From a virus (taxonomy: Duplodnaviria > Caudoviricetes), in IMG/VR virus record IMGVR_UViG_3300032335_001351, positions 1-50,163 of that record: 50,163 nt of DNA. One strand, written 5' to 3'. This document shows positions 30,711 to 40,119 of the stretch, one piece after another. The stretch's first letter is position 1, and every line of letters begins with the position of its first letter. A program made the translations under genes and the position numbers. The notes below the pieces were generated by a model, which was not told the DNA's origin, did not search any database, and saw only the letters and a list, made by a program, of their open reading frames with translations.

Positions 30711-31537
30711 AAAAAACTGGTCATGTCCAAGGTCAAGGGCTGATCGTATTCTTTGGTGCAGGCTGTGCAGGCAATGCGCATGGGTCGGAGATCAGTTTGG
30801 CGGCGCAGTTCAATGATGTGATCTCTGATGGTGTTGAACAGTCGACGATCACAGTTTTGCAAGAATTCTTCAATGTGTTGTGGATCCACCACAGTGCCAG
30901 TGGGAGTGCGTACTTCGGCAATGCTGTGCTTGAGTGCTTCCACAGTGAGTCCGCTGATCTTGCGCATGATTTCGTTGAGTCGTTCAATCTTGGTGTCTTG
31001 GTCAAGCTCACTGTTGGGAATCATCTGCAGGATTCGCTGTTCTTCAAACTGCAGGCTGCTGACATGATTGCTGTCACGATAGGTCATGGGCTGAAAAACC
31101 ACTTCCAGCTCACCACTGACAATGTGTTGTGCATAATCTGGGCAACGCTGTTGGTCCATCACAGTGCGCAGATCCAGTTCGTATTCGTCGGTGTTTTCAC
31201 AGCTGGGGCATGTGGTTTCTATAGGCATGTTGTGCCCATAACTGGCAATGCGAATAGCAGTTAGTATGGCATTGAGATCCACATTGGGTGCAAGCCAAGC
31301 GTCTTTGACAGCAGGCACACAGCTTTGAATCACTGAAATCACGGCCTGACCGTTGAACAGTGCGTCGGGTGTTCGATATGTAATTTCGTCTATGGCAGTC
31401 ATGGGCAGTACCGGCAACTCTCCGGTTTCAGGCATATCAATGCTGCCTTCGGGCCAATAACGTCCACCTGAAGGCAAGCGCAAATAAATGGCCGGCTGGC
31501 GAAAATACTGTCGTAGCGGGTTGGAATTAGCGGTCAT
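30695..31537 (-). CDS. Baseplate hub/tail assembly chaperone (T4 gp26-like)
   Basis: NPLRQYFRQPAIYLRLPSGG, PMTAIDEI, AIRIASYG and two CxxC pairs (CPSC, CTAC); ends ...SFFGPAS; divergent from the tape measure gene. Confidence 0.75.
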   Translation of the reverse strand: MTANSNPLRQYFRQPAIYLRLPSGGRYWPEGSIDMPETGELPVLPMTAIDEITYRTPDALFNGQAVISVIQSCVPAVKDAWLAPNVDLNAILTAIRIASYGHNMPIETTCPSCENTDEYELDLRTVMDQQRCPDYAQHIVSGELEVVFQPMTYRDSNHVSSLQFEEQRILQMIPNSELDQDTKIERLNEIMRKISGLTVEALKHSIAEVRTPTGTVVDPQHIEEFLQNCDRRLFNTIRDHIIELRRQTDLRPMRIACTACTKEYDQPLTLDMTSFFGPAS

Positions 31538-31547
31538 ACAGTCCCCA

Positions 31548-31565
31548 TAAATATATCTGTACTTA
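31548..31565. promoter_or_regulatory. Closely spaced, oppositely oriented late promoter motifs (TAAATA +, TAAGTA -)
   Basis: TAAATA at 31548-53 faces the tape measure gene. TACTTA at 31560-65 (TAAGTA on minus) faces the gp26-like gene. Confidence 0.55.
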
Positions 31566-31578
31566 TAGGCAGAAAACC

Positions 31579-34500
31579 ATGGCAGATCAAAATCAACAGA
31601 TGGCTGACATCATGCAACAGGTCAATTATGAACTGGAGCGTTATGGTCGTCTCACGGGCAGCACAGCCGACTCACTGCGAGATGCTCAAGTTGGAGTTGA
31701 GGGTTTTAGTCAAGCTGTTCGCAAAGTACCCATTGCGCTCACTGACAGTGTGGGCAAAATGGTCAAAACACTCAACACTGGTGAGCGTGGGGCCAAGGCC
31801 TACAATGATGCTGTGAGCAGCATGGCTGATGCTGCATCTGCTGCTACCACAGTGCTCACAGCCATGATTCCTGGCGGACCCATTGTAAAGATGCTGATCA
31901 TGGGTCTGGGCAAGCTGGCTTCGGCTGCAATCAAAGCTGCCAGCGAAGTGTACAAACTGGCCACAGAGCAGGCCGATCGGCAGTATGATGCCTATATGAA
32001 ACTGGCACAATCTGGTGCAGCAGCAGCAGGAGGTACTACCCAGTTTGCTCAACAACTACGAAAGTTGAGTGTACCGCTACAGGATCTTGACGGCTACATT
32101 CGCATGATTGGTGAAAGCAGTCAAGACTTGGCCTTGTTTGGCGGCAGTGTCACACGTGGTGTCGCAGATTTTGTTGAGCTGCGCAATGCCATGAAACCGT
32201 TCCGTTTGGAACTGATGAATCTAGGACTCAGTACTGAACAGCAGAACGAAGCTGTACTCAAATTTATTTCACTGCAAACTCGACTGGGCAATGCTGGTAG
32301 ACTACAGAGTCAGAGTTACGAACAAACTGCTGCTGCGGCCAAACGCTACATTGAAGAACAAGATGTCTTGACAAGACTCACAGGTGTAGAGCGCAAAGAG
32401 CGTGAAAAAACTCTCATGGATGCCATGCGCAACCAGCGTTTTGCTGCTACCTTGGACGACCTAGAACGACAGGGCAAAAAAGAAGAAGCCAAAGCCTTGC
32501 GTGACAGCATGGCCTTGATAGGCGAAACAGCTGGACCAGCCACAGCCAAGGCATTTCAAGATGCTGTGACTGGGTTCATTACGCCGGAATCACAGAAAAT
32601 CTTGATGGCATCACAGGGTGTGGTGCAAGAGCAAATTGCCTTGATCAAGGAAGGTCGTGTTAAAACTGACAAAGAATTTGCTGACAGCAACGAGCGCATG
32701 ATCAAGAGCTTGGGCCGCGCCAGTCAGGATTTCAATCAGTTGGCTCAAATTGGTATTTTTGACAAGATTTTTGGCCCGTATGAAGAAAGTCGACGAGCAC
32801 AACAATTCATAGACAAAAAAGATCAAGATCTTGCCACTCGTATTTTGAAAATACGCCAAGAACAAGCTGCACAGCAGGCGGGCCTTGACAACCGTTTGTT
32901 AACTTCAAACAAAATACGACTTAACCAGCTGGACACCCAACTCAACAAAGAAGAGCTGGTAGACAAGGCAATAGACACAGCACAGTCAGCGTCCTTGGCT
33001 CTCAGTGAAGCCATGTTGGCAGTGTCAGAAACTGCACTGGCGGCTGCCACTGGTCTGAGCGAGGTCAAGAAAGAAAGCAAAGGATTCTGGGCCAAAATCT
33101 TGGAATTCTTTGGCATCAGCACCGAAACTAGGCCCAAAACTGAACAGGAAAAGGCTTTGGAAGCAGCCGACGAGGCTGCACGCCAGGCCATGGAACGTGC
33201 CGAAGCTGAGCGCCGTGCCACTACAGAAACTAGAAAAGCAGCTGAATCTGCTCTAGACGCTGAGCGCAAACGATTTAGCAAAGCACAAGACGAAGTTGAT
33301 CGTGCCAAGGCACAGTTGCAAGGCGTTGGTACTCAGGCCGGTGTTAACTTTGAAGTACAACGTTTGCAACGTCTAGAACGTGTGGCTACAGAAAAACTTG
33401 AAGCAGCCAAAGCATCTGGAAAACCAGAAGACATTAAAAAAGCTCAACAAGAAGCAGATAGAACTCGCGCAAATCTACAAGCATCCATGGACGAGCAAGC
33501 CAGACTCCAGCGTATAGTGGCTGAACAAGTTCAAACTGTTGATGCTGCACGTCTAGAGATTGCAAAGCGTGAAACTGCTCTAGCTGAAGCTAGACGACTG
33601 GAAGCCGAAGCTCAAAAAGTTGAGGCCACTAAAACACGCGAACGTTTGCGAGTCCAAGCTCAAATGGGCATGGGTGGTGAGCGTCCTGATGCAGTAAAGG
33701 CACTGGAAGCTGATCAAAATCGACGCCGACGTGAAAAAGACACTGCTGATCTAAAAAAAGTAGAAACAACTCTACAAGGAGTTCGTGACACTATCCAAGG
33801 CAACAATGAACGAATAGCCAAATTAGACAAAACTCGAGACAAACTCCAGATTGAGCAGCTAGAAAGAATGAACGAGTCCATGACTCGACGCACACAAGAG
33901 CTTGAAGCTGAAGCTAATGCGCTGAAAGAAAAAATCAAAGCCAATCCGTCCCCAGTACCTCCAGCTCAAACTACACCTGCCGCTGCGCAACCTGGTGCAC
34001 CTGCACAACCTGCCGCTGCGCAACCTGGTGCACCTGCGCAACCTGCCGCTGCGCAACCTGCCGCTGCGCAACCTGGTGCACCAGCGCCCGCAAATCCGCC
34101 AAGTGCAGTACCAAGCACAGCTAGACCAGCCGCCCCAAAAACCAAACCCATGAAAGTGGATCAAGCTCAGCTTGAGGCCATGGGCCTACGTATCAAAAAA
34201 GGTGATGTGCAACGAGATCAGGGCGACATTGATCCTCGAGTGATCAAGTTGGCCAAAGACATACAAAACAACCTCAAGGGCTTTGTGCACTTTACTGGTT
34301 TCAACGACAATTTCCATCAAGAAAACGCCCCAGGCAGTCACACCAAAGGCCTGGCCATGGACTTTATCTTGAATCGCAAGCCCAGTGTGGAAGAAGGTAA
34401 AGATGTGGTTTCTTATCTCAAGGAGTTGGGCGCCAGCCGGGTCATTGATGAATACAATTTCCCCAGTGCCAAGAGCACTGGTGGACATTTTCACGCTGAA

Positions 34501-35352
34501 GTTGCTGCATACGCCAAAGGTGGCATCATTCCAGGACCCACTATTGCACTCATGGGTGAACGTCAACCTGAAGCAGTTGTGCCGCTGCCCGACGGCAAGA
34601 CCATTCCGGTCACTCTGGACACTGCACTGACCGACGGTATTGAAAAGCTGTCGGCCATACTCAGCACTACAGATCTGCAGGCAGCCAGTGCCATACGAGA
34701 AAACAACAATTCTGGTGCCAACACTGTGGTAATACAAAGTGGTATCAGTGATGCTAACACCTACTTGGCTGATGAAATAGAAAAATTCTCTAGAGTGTTT
34801 GGCAATATTCAAACACAACTTGGAAAAGATTTACCTGAAGCAATTCGACTCACACAGCGTGATGTCATGGCGCCTGGCGGCATAGGCGCCACTGTGGCCG
34901 GATACAATCAGTACACTGGCTACAACCAGGGTGGCATGACCACAGATTTGACCGCAGTAAAAGAAATTGCTGCCAGTCTGGGTGCGTTTGACCGTGCCAC
35001 TGAAACCATAACTGATCCCAACACCTGGCGACAAATTCTCAACACTGGCATTGCCACCAACATGCAGATTGGCATGGCTGAATTTGGCACCAAGATGATT
35101 CCAGGCATTGGCAACGAAATTGGTGAGCGCATCAAAGAAATAGTAGAAACATCCAACAATCAAGCCGATGTTTCTCAAGCCCTGCGTGCTGTGACTGAAG
35201 AATTTAAAACCATGATGCAAGGCGTAGTCAACATGAGTCAAGGAGATCCAGGTCGCACCATGGTACTACAGACTCTGTTGAGTGAACTCATCAAAGAACA
35301 GCGAACCAACAACGACATCACTAAAAAGATGCTGCAAGTGGCCCGCAATTAA
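31579..35352 (+). CDS. Tape measure-like protein with M15-type Zn-peptidase motif
   Basis: 1257 aa, largely helical/coiled. A Pro/Ala linker is followed by SHTKGLAMDF...GGHFHAEV and then GGII.GPT...GE..PEAVVPL. Confidence 0.75.
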   Translation: MADQNQQMADIMQQVNYELERYGRLTGSTADSLRDAQVGVEGFSQAVRKVPIALTDSVGKMVKTLNTGERGAKAYNDAVSSMADAASAATTVLTAMIPGGPIVKMLIMGLGKLASAAIKAASEVYKLATEQADRQYDAYMKLAQSGAAAAGGTTQFAQQLRKLSVPLQDLDGYIRMIGESSQDLALFGGSVTRGVADFVELRNAMKPFRLELMNLGLSTEQQNEAVLKFISLQTRLGNAGRLQSQSYEQTAAAAKRYIEEQDVLTRLTGVERKEREKTLMDAMRNQRFAATLDDLERQGKKEEAKALRDSMALIGETAGPATAKAFQDAVTGFITPESQKILMASQGVVQEQIALIKEGRVKTDKEFADSNERMIKSLGRASQDFNQLAQIGIFDKIFGPYEESRRAQQFIDKKDQDLATRILKIRQEQAAQQAGLDNRLLTSNKIRLNQLDTQLNKEELVDKAIDTAQSASLALSEAMLAVSETALAAATGLSEVKKESKGFWAKILEFFGISTETRPKTEQEKALEAADEAARQAMERAEAERRATTETRKAAESALDAERKRFSKAQDEVDRAKAQLQGVGTQAGVNFEVQRLQRLERVATEKLEAAKASGKPEDIKKAQQEADRTRANLQASMDEQARLQRIVAEQVQTVDAARLEIAKRETALAEARRLEAEAQKVEATKTRERLRVQAQMGMGGERPDAVKALEADQNRRRREKDTADLKKVETTLQGVRDTIQGNNERIAKLDKTRDKLQIEQLERMNESMTRRTQELEAEANALKEKIKANPSPVPPAQTTPAAAQPGAPAQPAAAQPGAPAQPAAAQPAAAQPGAPAPANPPSAVPSTARPAAPKTKPMKVDQAQLEAMGLRIKKGDVQRDQGDIDPRVIKLAKDIQNNLKGFVHFTGFNDNFHQENAPGSHTKGLAMDFILNRKPSVEEGKDVVSYLKELGASRVIDEYNFPSAKSTGGHFHAEVAAYAKGGIIPGPTIALMGERQPEAVVPLPDGKTIPVTLDTALTDGIEKLSAILSTTDLQAASAIRENNNSGANTVVIQSGISDANTYLADEIEKFSRVFGNIQTQLGKDLPEAIRLTQRDVMAPGGIGATVAGYNQYTGYNQGGMTTDLTAVKEIAASLGAFDRATETITDPNTWRQILNTGIATNMQIGMAEFGTKMIPGIGNEIGERIKEIVETSNNQADVSQALRAVTEEFKTMMQGVVNMSQGDPGRTMVLQTLLSELIKEQRTNNDITKKMLQVARN
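33976..34085 (+). repeat. Coding tandem repeats (PAAAQPGAPAQ)
   Basis: Repeated cctgccgctgcgcaa / cctggtgca units. Confidence 0.85.
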
Positions 35353-35368
35353 CGGTAAATATAACACT

Positions 35369-37159
35369 ATGGCACAACAACAAGGCTGGCGCAAATACTT
35401 CAAAGTGGCTGACACTTCGGGTGTGATGAGCCCTATCAATGGCAAAAACAGTTACGGCTTGCCGGGCTATGATCGCAACAACGGCAGCGCCGTGCAGGCA
35501 GATTTTGTGTTTCGCAACTATGCCAGCCGACTGCCCGAAGTGTATTCAGGACACCCCAATCGTATTGAACGCTACAACCAGTACGAAAACATGGACATGG
35601 ATAGTGAGATCAATGCTTGCTTGGACATCATTGCTGAATTTTCCACACAGTTCAACGAGCAGAATCTCACACCGTTTGACGTACAGTACAACGACAAGCC
35701 CACAGATCACGAAATTGACATTGTGAAAAAACAGCTACAGCAGTGGGTCAAGCTGAACAAACTGGATCAACGCATCTTCAAACTGTTCCGCAACACCATC
35801 AAGTATGGCGATCAGGTGTTTGTGCGCGATCCAGAAACATTTGAAATGATGTGGGTAGACATGAGCAAGTTAGCACGTATCATTGTAAACGAAAGTGAAG
35901 GCAAGCGCCCTGAACAGTATGTGATTCGCGACATCAACCCCAATTTTCAAAACATGAGCGTGGCAGCCAAGACCACCACAGACTACATGACCAACCCTGT
36001 GACCGGCACAATTTCAGGCTCAGCCAACTACACCATGCCCAATGGTGGCACAGGCGGTGGAGTGGGCAACAGTCGCTTCATGACAGCCATGAATGAAACC
36101 TGTATTGACGCCAAACATGTGGTGCATGTGAGTCTCAACGAAGGCCTAGATGTGTTTTGGCCATTTGGACGATCAGTGCTGGAGCAGATCTACAAAGTAT
36201 TCAAGCAAAAAGAATTGCTGGAAGATTCAATCTTGATCTATCGTGTGAGTCGTGCCCCTGAACGACGAATCTTCAAGATTGACGTGGGCAACATGCCGTC
36301 ACACTTGGCCATGGCGTTTGTGGAACGTGTAAAAAACGAAATGCATCAACGTCGTATTCCCACCATCACTGGCGGCGGTACCAACATCATGGATGCCAGC
36401 TACAATCCACTCAGCATCAATGAAGATTACTTTTTCCCACAAGGCGCTGACGGTCGTGGATCATCAGTAGAAACCTTGCCTGGCGGACAGAACTTGGGCG
36501 AGATTGACGACCTCAAGTACTTCAACAACAAAATGGCACGTGGTTTGCGTGTGCCCTCCAGCTATCTGCCCACTGGTCCTGATGATTCAACCACACAAGT
36601 CAACGATGGCAGAGTGGGCACAGCATTGATTCAAGAGTTCCGGTTCAATCAATACTGCGAGCGTTTGCAAGCACTGATTGCACAAAAGCTGGACGACGAG
36701 TTCAAGATGTTTCTCAAGTGGCGCGGATTCAACATTGACTCCGGCCTGTTTTCCATCAAGTTCAATGCGCCGCAAAATTTTGCCAGCTATCGTCAGAGCG
36801 AATTAGACAACGCCAGACTCACTGCTTTTCAAGGCCTGGAACCTTTGCCTTACATGAGCAAACGTTTCTTGCTGGAACGATTCCTGGGCTTGAGCGAAGA
36901 AGAAATTCGTCGCAACGAGGAACTGTGGAAAGAAGAACGTGACCAACCCGAAATGTCTGGAGCCAAGGGCAGTGATCTGCGCAGCATTGGCATCAGTCCA
37001 GGCAGCTTGGAGACTGACATTGAAACTGGTCAAGAAATTGCACAGATGGAACCAGCTGCTGCTGGCACACCCGGAGTAGATGCTGGCCTGGGCGCTGCGG
37101 CTGCCCCAGGTGGAGTGTTGCCAGCTTCGGGAACCGCTCCAGGCGGCCCCGCGGTATAA
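35369..37159 (+). CDS. gp20: Portal protein (T4 gp20-like)
   Basis: LEDSILIYRVSRAPERRIFKIDVGNMP, EDYFFP and VETLPGGQNLGEIDDLKYF...LRVPSSYL. The start is moved to 35369, after TAAATA (35356-61). Confidence 0.95.
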   Translation: MAQQQGWRKYFKVADTSGVMSPINGKNSYGLPGYDRNNGSAVQADFVFRNYASRLPEVYSGHPNRIERYNQYENMDMDSEINACLDIIAEFSTQFNEQNLTPFDVQYNDKPTDHEIDIVKKQLQQWVKLNKLDQRIFKLFRNTIKYGDQVFVRDPETFEMMWVDMSKLARIIVNESEGKRPEQYVIRDINPNFQNMSVAAKTTTDYMTNPVTGTISGSANYTMPNGGTGGGVGNSRFMTAMNETCIDAKHVVHVSLNEGLDVFWPFGRSVLEQIYKVFKQKELLEDSILIYRVSRAPERRIFKIDVGNMPSHLAMAFVERVKNEMHQRRIPTITGGGTNIMDASYNPLSINEDYFFPQGADGRGSSVETLPGGQNLGEIDDLKYFNNKMARGLRVPSSYLPTGPDDSTTQVNDGRVGTALIQEFRFNQYCERLQALIAQKLDDEFKMFLKWRGFNIDSGLFSIKFNAPQNFASYRQSELDNARLTAFQGLEPLPYMSKRFLLERFLGLSEEEIRRNEELWKEERDQPEMSGAKGSDLRSIGISPGSLETDIETGQEIAQMEPAAAGTPGVDAGLGAAAAPGGVLPASGTAPGGPAV

Positions 37160-37167
37160 ATACCCAC

Positions 37168-37386
37168 ATGATACTAAGCGAATTTTGGAAAAAAGATCCT
37201 GAGGCCTATCAGGACCTGTCGCAGGACAACAGTCAGCCAAGGCTGGGAGATCTGCGCAAGACTCGCCTCACTCTGCGTCAAATCAACAAGCTAAGACGCA
37301 TGAACGATGTTCGCGCTGTAGAATACAAAGAAAAACTTGAACAGATCCGCAAACAATACGCACCTCCTCCTGCTCCTGTAGCATAA
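37168..37386 (+). CDS. Small basic head-module protein
   Basis: 72 aa directly after the portal gene; preceded by TATAAATA (37155-62). Confidence 0.75.
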   Translation: MILSEFWKKDPEAYQDLSQDNSQPRLGDLRKTRLTLRQINKLRRMNDVRAVEYKEKLEQIRKQYAPPPAPVA

Positions 37387-37390
37387 TTGT

Positions 37391-37430
37391 AAAAAACAGC
37401 CTTTTTCTCTAGTTAAACGGCTGTTTTTTT
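37391..37430. terminator. Possible intrinsic terminator
   Basis: Inverted repeat AAAAAACAGCC...GGCTGTTTTTTT with a large loop. Confidence 0.5.
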
Positions 37431-37478
37431 GCCACCAGGGTAAATATCTGTACACTTTACCCTTATAGGAGTTTCCAT

Positions 37479-38345
37479 ATGAACCGTTTTGAACAGTTGA
37501 TCGAATATGTGATCAATGATGAGACCAAAAAAGCTGAAGAGCTTTTCCATGAGATTGTGGTTGCAAAAAGCCGCAGTATCTATGAAAGCATGATGGCTCA
37601 AGAAGCCAAAGAAGAAGAGCTTGATGAAGCTGCTGAAGAAGAGCTTGATGAAGCTGCTGAAGAAGAGCTTGATGAAGCTGCTGAAGAAGACATCGAAGAA
37701 GGCGCCATGGGCGGCGATGCTGCTGATGATCTCATTGACGAGATTGAAGCCGACGAAAGCCGTGACATGAGCATGGAAGCCGAAGAGGAAGAAGAAGAAT
37801 TTGAAATGGGCAGCGATGATGCTGGCGACAGCGAAGGCGGCTCAGAACCAGCGTCTAAAGACGACATCCTTAACCTAGAAGACAAATTGGACCAGTTGAT
37901 GGCCGAATTTGAAGACCTAATGGGTGGTGACGACATGGGTGGCAACGACATGGGCGACGGCGACGACTTTGGCGCTGACGAAGGTGGCGATGCTATTGCA
38001 GTCGACGACACTGAAGAAATGATCCCCATGGCCGAAGCAGTGAGTCTCAAAGCTGCCCCTAAGCCAACCACTAGCGAAGAAGGTGGCGTGAACAAAAAGA
38101 GTGTGGTAGCTGCCAACGCTGGCGCCAAAGGCCCAATTGGTAGCACTGTAAAGCCTGTGCACACTGGTGGCGAAATGGGCGGCAAACACGATGCTGCTGG
38201 CGCTTACAGCAATCAGACCAAAGATATCATTGGTGACTTCCAGAACAAGGCTGGCACTAGCATGAAAGGTCTCAAGACTGCTCCCAAGCCAGTGACTGGT
38301 CAGGCCAGTGGTGTCAACACCAAGAGCCCTGTGGCCAAGGCCTAA
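37479..38345 (+). CDS. Acidic prohead core/internal protein
   Basis: Very Glu/Asp-rich middle and basic C-terminus; lies between portal and protease; TAAATA at 37441 and SD AGGAG. Confidence 0.75.
   Translation: MNRFEQLIEYVINDETKKAEELFHEIVVAKSRSIYESMMAQEAKEEELDEAAEEELDEAAEEELDEAAEEDIEEGAMGGDAADDLIDEIEADESRDMSMEAEEEEEEFEMGSDDAGDSEGGSEPASKDDILNLEDKLDQLMAEFEDLMGGDDMGGNDMGDGDDFGADEGGDAIAVDDTEEMIPMAEAVSLKAAPKPTTSEEGGVNKKSVVAANAGAKGPIGSTVKPVHTGGEMGGKHDAAGAYSNQTKDIIGDFQNKAGTSMKGLKTAPKPVTGQASGVNTKSPVAKA
37611..37690 (+). repeat. Three perfect 24-nt tandem repeats (EEELDEAA)
   Basis: gaagaagagcttgatgaagctgct x3 plus a partial copy. Confidence 0.95.
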
Positions 38346-38351
38346 TACAAC

Positions 38352-38984
38352 ATGAAAACTCTTAGAGAACAGTTGACTTTTTCCCAAGCAAGAATCCAAG
38401 TCATGGAAGAGGCGGATTCTGCAGGGGGGAAAAATCTCTATCTCAAGGGCATCTGTATTGAAGGTGACGTGCGCAATGCCAACGAGCGTGTGTATCCAGT
38501 ACGTGAAATTGCCAAGGCTGTGAATACCATAAACAAGCAAATTACCGAAGGTAACTCTGTTTTGGGTGAAGTGGACCACCCAGATGATCTCAAAATCAAT
38601 CTGGATCGAGTGTGTCACAGCGTGGAAGAAATGTGGATGGACAACAACGCAGGCTGCGGCAAGCTCAAAATATTGCCCACTCCCATGGGCAACTTGATCA
38701 AAACTCTTCTTCAATCAGGCGTAAAATTAGGAGTCAGCAGTCGCGGCAGCGGCAATGTTGACGATCGAACCGGACATGTAAGTGACTTTGAAATAGTCAC
38801 TATAGATGTGGTTGCCCAACCCAGCGCACCCAATGCTTATCCTCGTGCAATTTATGAAGGTCTCATGAACATGAAGTACGGACATAGACTGTTGGAAGTG
38901 GCTCGCGAAGCTGGCAAGGACAACAAAGTAGAGAGATATTTGAAGGGCGAAGTAGTCAAGCTCATCAAAGATCTCAAAATCTAA
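38352..38984 (+). CDS. gp21: Prohead protease (T4 gp21-like)
   Basis: NANERVYP, LGEVDHP, ILPTPMG, GVSSRGSG and DVVAQPSAPNAY. Confidence 0.95.
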   Translation: MKTLREQLTFSQARIQVMEEADSAGGKNLYLKGICIEGDVRNANERVYPVREIAKAVNTINKQITEGNSVLGEVDHPDDLKINLDRVCHSVEEMWMDNNAGCGKLKILPTPMGNLIKTLLQSGVKLGVSSRGSGNVDDRTGHVSDFEIVTIDVVAQPSAPNAYPRAIYEGLMNMKYGHRLLEVAREAGKDNKVERYLKGEVVKLIKDLKI

Positions 38985-38996
38985 GGAGAATCTAGA

Positions 38997-40094
38997 ATGT
39001 TAGATGCAATCAAACCATTGCTAGATAGCGACCTGATCAACGAAGACACTCGTCGAGAAATCAACGAAGCTTGGGAAGCCAAGCTCAATGAAGCTCGCGA
39101 GCAGGTTCGTGCTGAACTCCGTGAGGAATTTGCACAACGCTATGAACACGACAAAACAGTGATGGTGGAAGCCCTTGATCGCATGGTAACAGAAGGTCTC
39201 ACCGCAGAAATTGAGCAAGTGAAGGCAGAACGCCAGGCACTAGCCGAAGATCGCGTCAAGTTTCAAACCAAAATGAAAGAAAGTGCCACTAAGTTTAACA
39301 GCTTCTTGGTAACCAAATTGGCTGAAGAAATTGGCGAGCTGCGCAAGGATCGCAAAGCACACAACGAAGGTCTAGAAAAACTAGAAGGATTTGTGGTGCA
39401 TGCACTGGCCCGTGAAATACAAGAGTTTGCACAAGACAAGCGCGAAGTGGTTGAAACCAAAGTGCGTTTGGTACGTGAAGCACGTGAAAAGCTCAACAGC
39501 CTCAAGGCACGTTTCGTCAAGGAAAGCGCCACGAAGTTGAGTCGAGCTGTGAGTCAGCATCTCAAGACTGAACTCACACAACTGCAAGAAGACATCCAAA
39601 TTGCTCGCGAGAACAATTTTGGACGTAGAATCTTCGAAGCCTATGCTGCTGAATTTGGTGCCACTCATCTCAATGAGAAAACCGAAGTCCGCAAGCTGCG
39701 CGATCTAGTGAGCAACAAAGATCGTCAACTGGCCGAAGCAATCAAACTCAGTGAGCGTGCAAAAACGCTGATTGAGAATAAAGAGCGTGAACTGCGCATG
39801 ATCAAGGAAAGCAATCAACGTCAAGATTTGATGAGTGATTTGCTGCGTCCCCTAAATCGGGACAAAGCCGAAGTCATGCGTAATCTGCTAGAAAGCGTAC
39901 AAACTGATCGTTTGAAGAACGCTTTTGAGAAATATCTACCGGCTGTTTTGGAAGACCGCTCAGCAAAAACTCGAAAAGTAATTGCCGAACAGGTTACCGC
40001 GGTAACTGGGGATAAAACTGTTCCAAGTAGTCAGCAGGACGAAAGCGATGCAAAAAGCAACGTGATCGACCTAAAGCGCCTGGCAGGGTTATAA
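38997..40094 (+). CDS. gp22: Prohead scaffold protein (T4 gp22-like)
   Basis: Coiled-coil protein between protease and capsid genes; SD AAGGAG. Confidence 0.8.
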   Translation: MLDAIKPLLDSDLINEDTRREINEAWEAKLNEAREQVRAELREEFAQRYEHDKTVMVEALDRMVTEGLTAEIEQVKAERQALAEDRVKFQTKMKESATKFNSFLVTKLAEEIGELRKDRKAHNEGLEKLEGFVVHALAREIQEFAQDKREVVETKVRLVREAREKLNSLKARFVKESATKLSRAVSQHLKTELTQLQEDIQIARENNFGRRIFEAYAAEFGATHLNEKTEVRKLRDLVSNKDRQLAEAIKLSERAKTLIENKERELRMIKESNQRQDLMSDLLRPLNRDKAEVMRNLLESVQTDRLKNAFEKYLPAVLEDRSAKTRKVIAEQVTAVTGDKTVPSSQQDESDAKSNVIDLKRLAGL

Positions 40095-40119
40095 AAGACA
40101 TATTTAGGAGAGACTTAAC

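Noticed and set aside
35282-35368. Longer ORF-track starts for portal (also gp25 at 13033, SGNH-like at 29232, radical SAM at 26630)
   Set aside because: They overlap upstream genes more extensively; downstream ATGs fit the promoters and stop/start coupling better.
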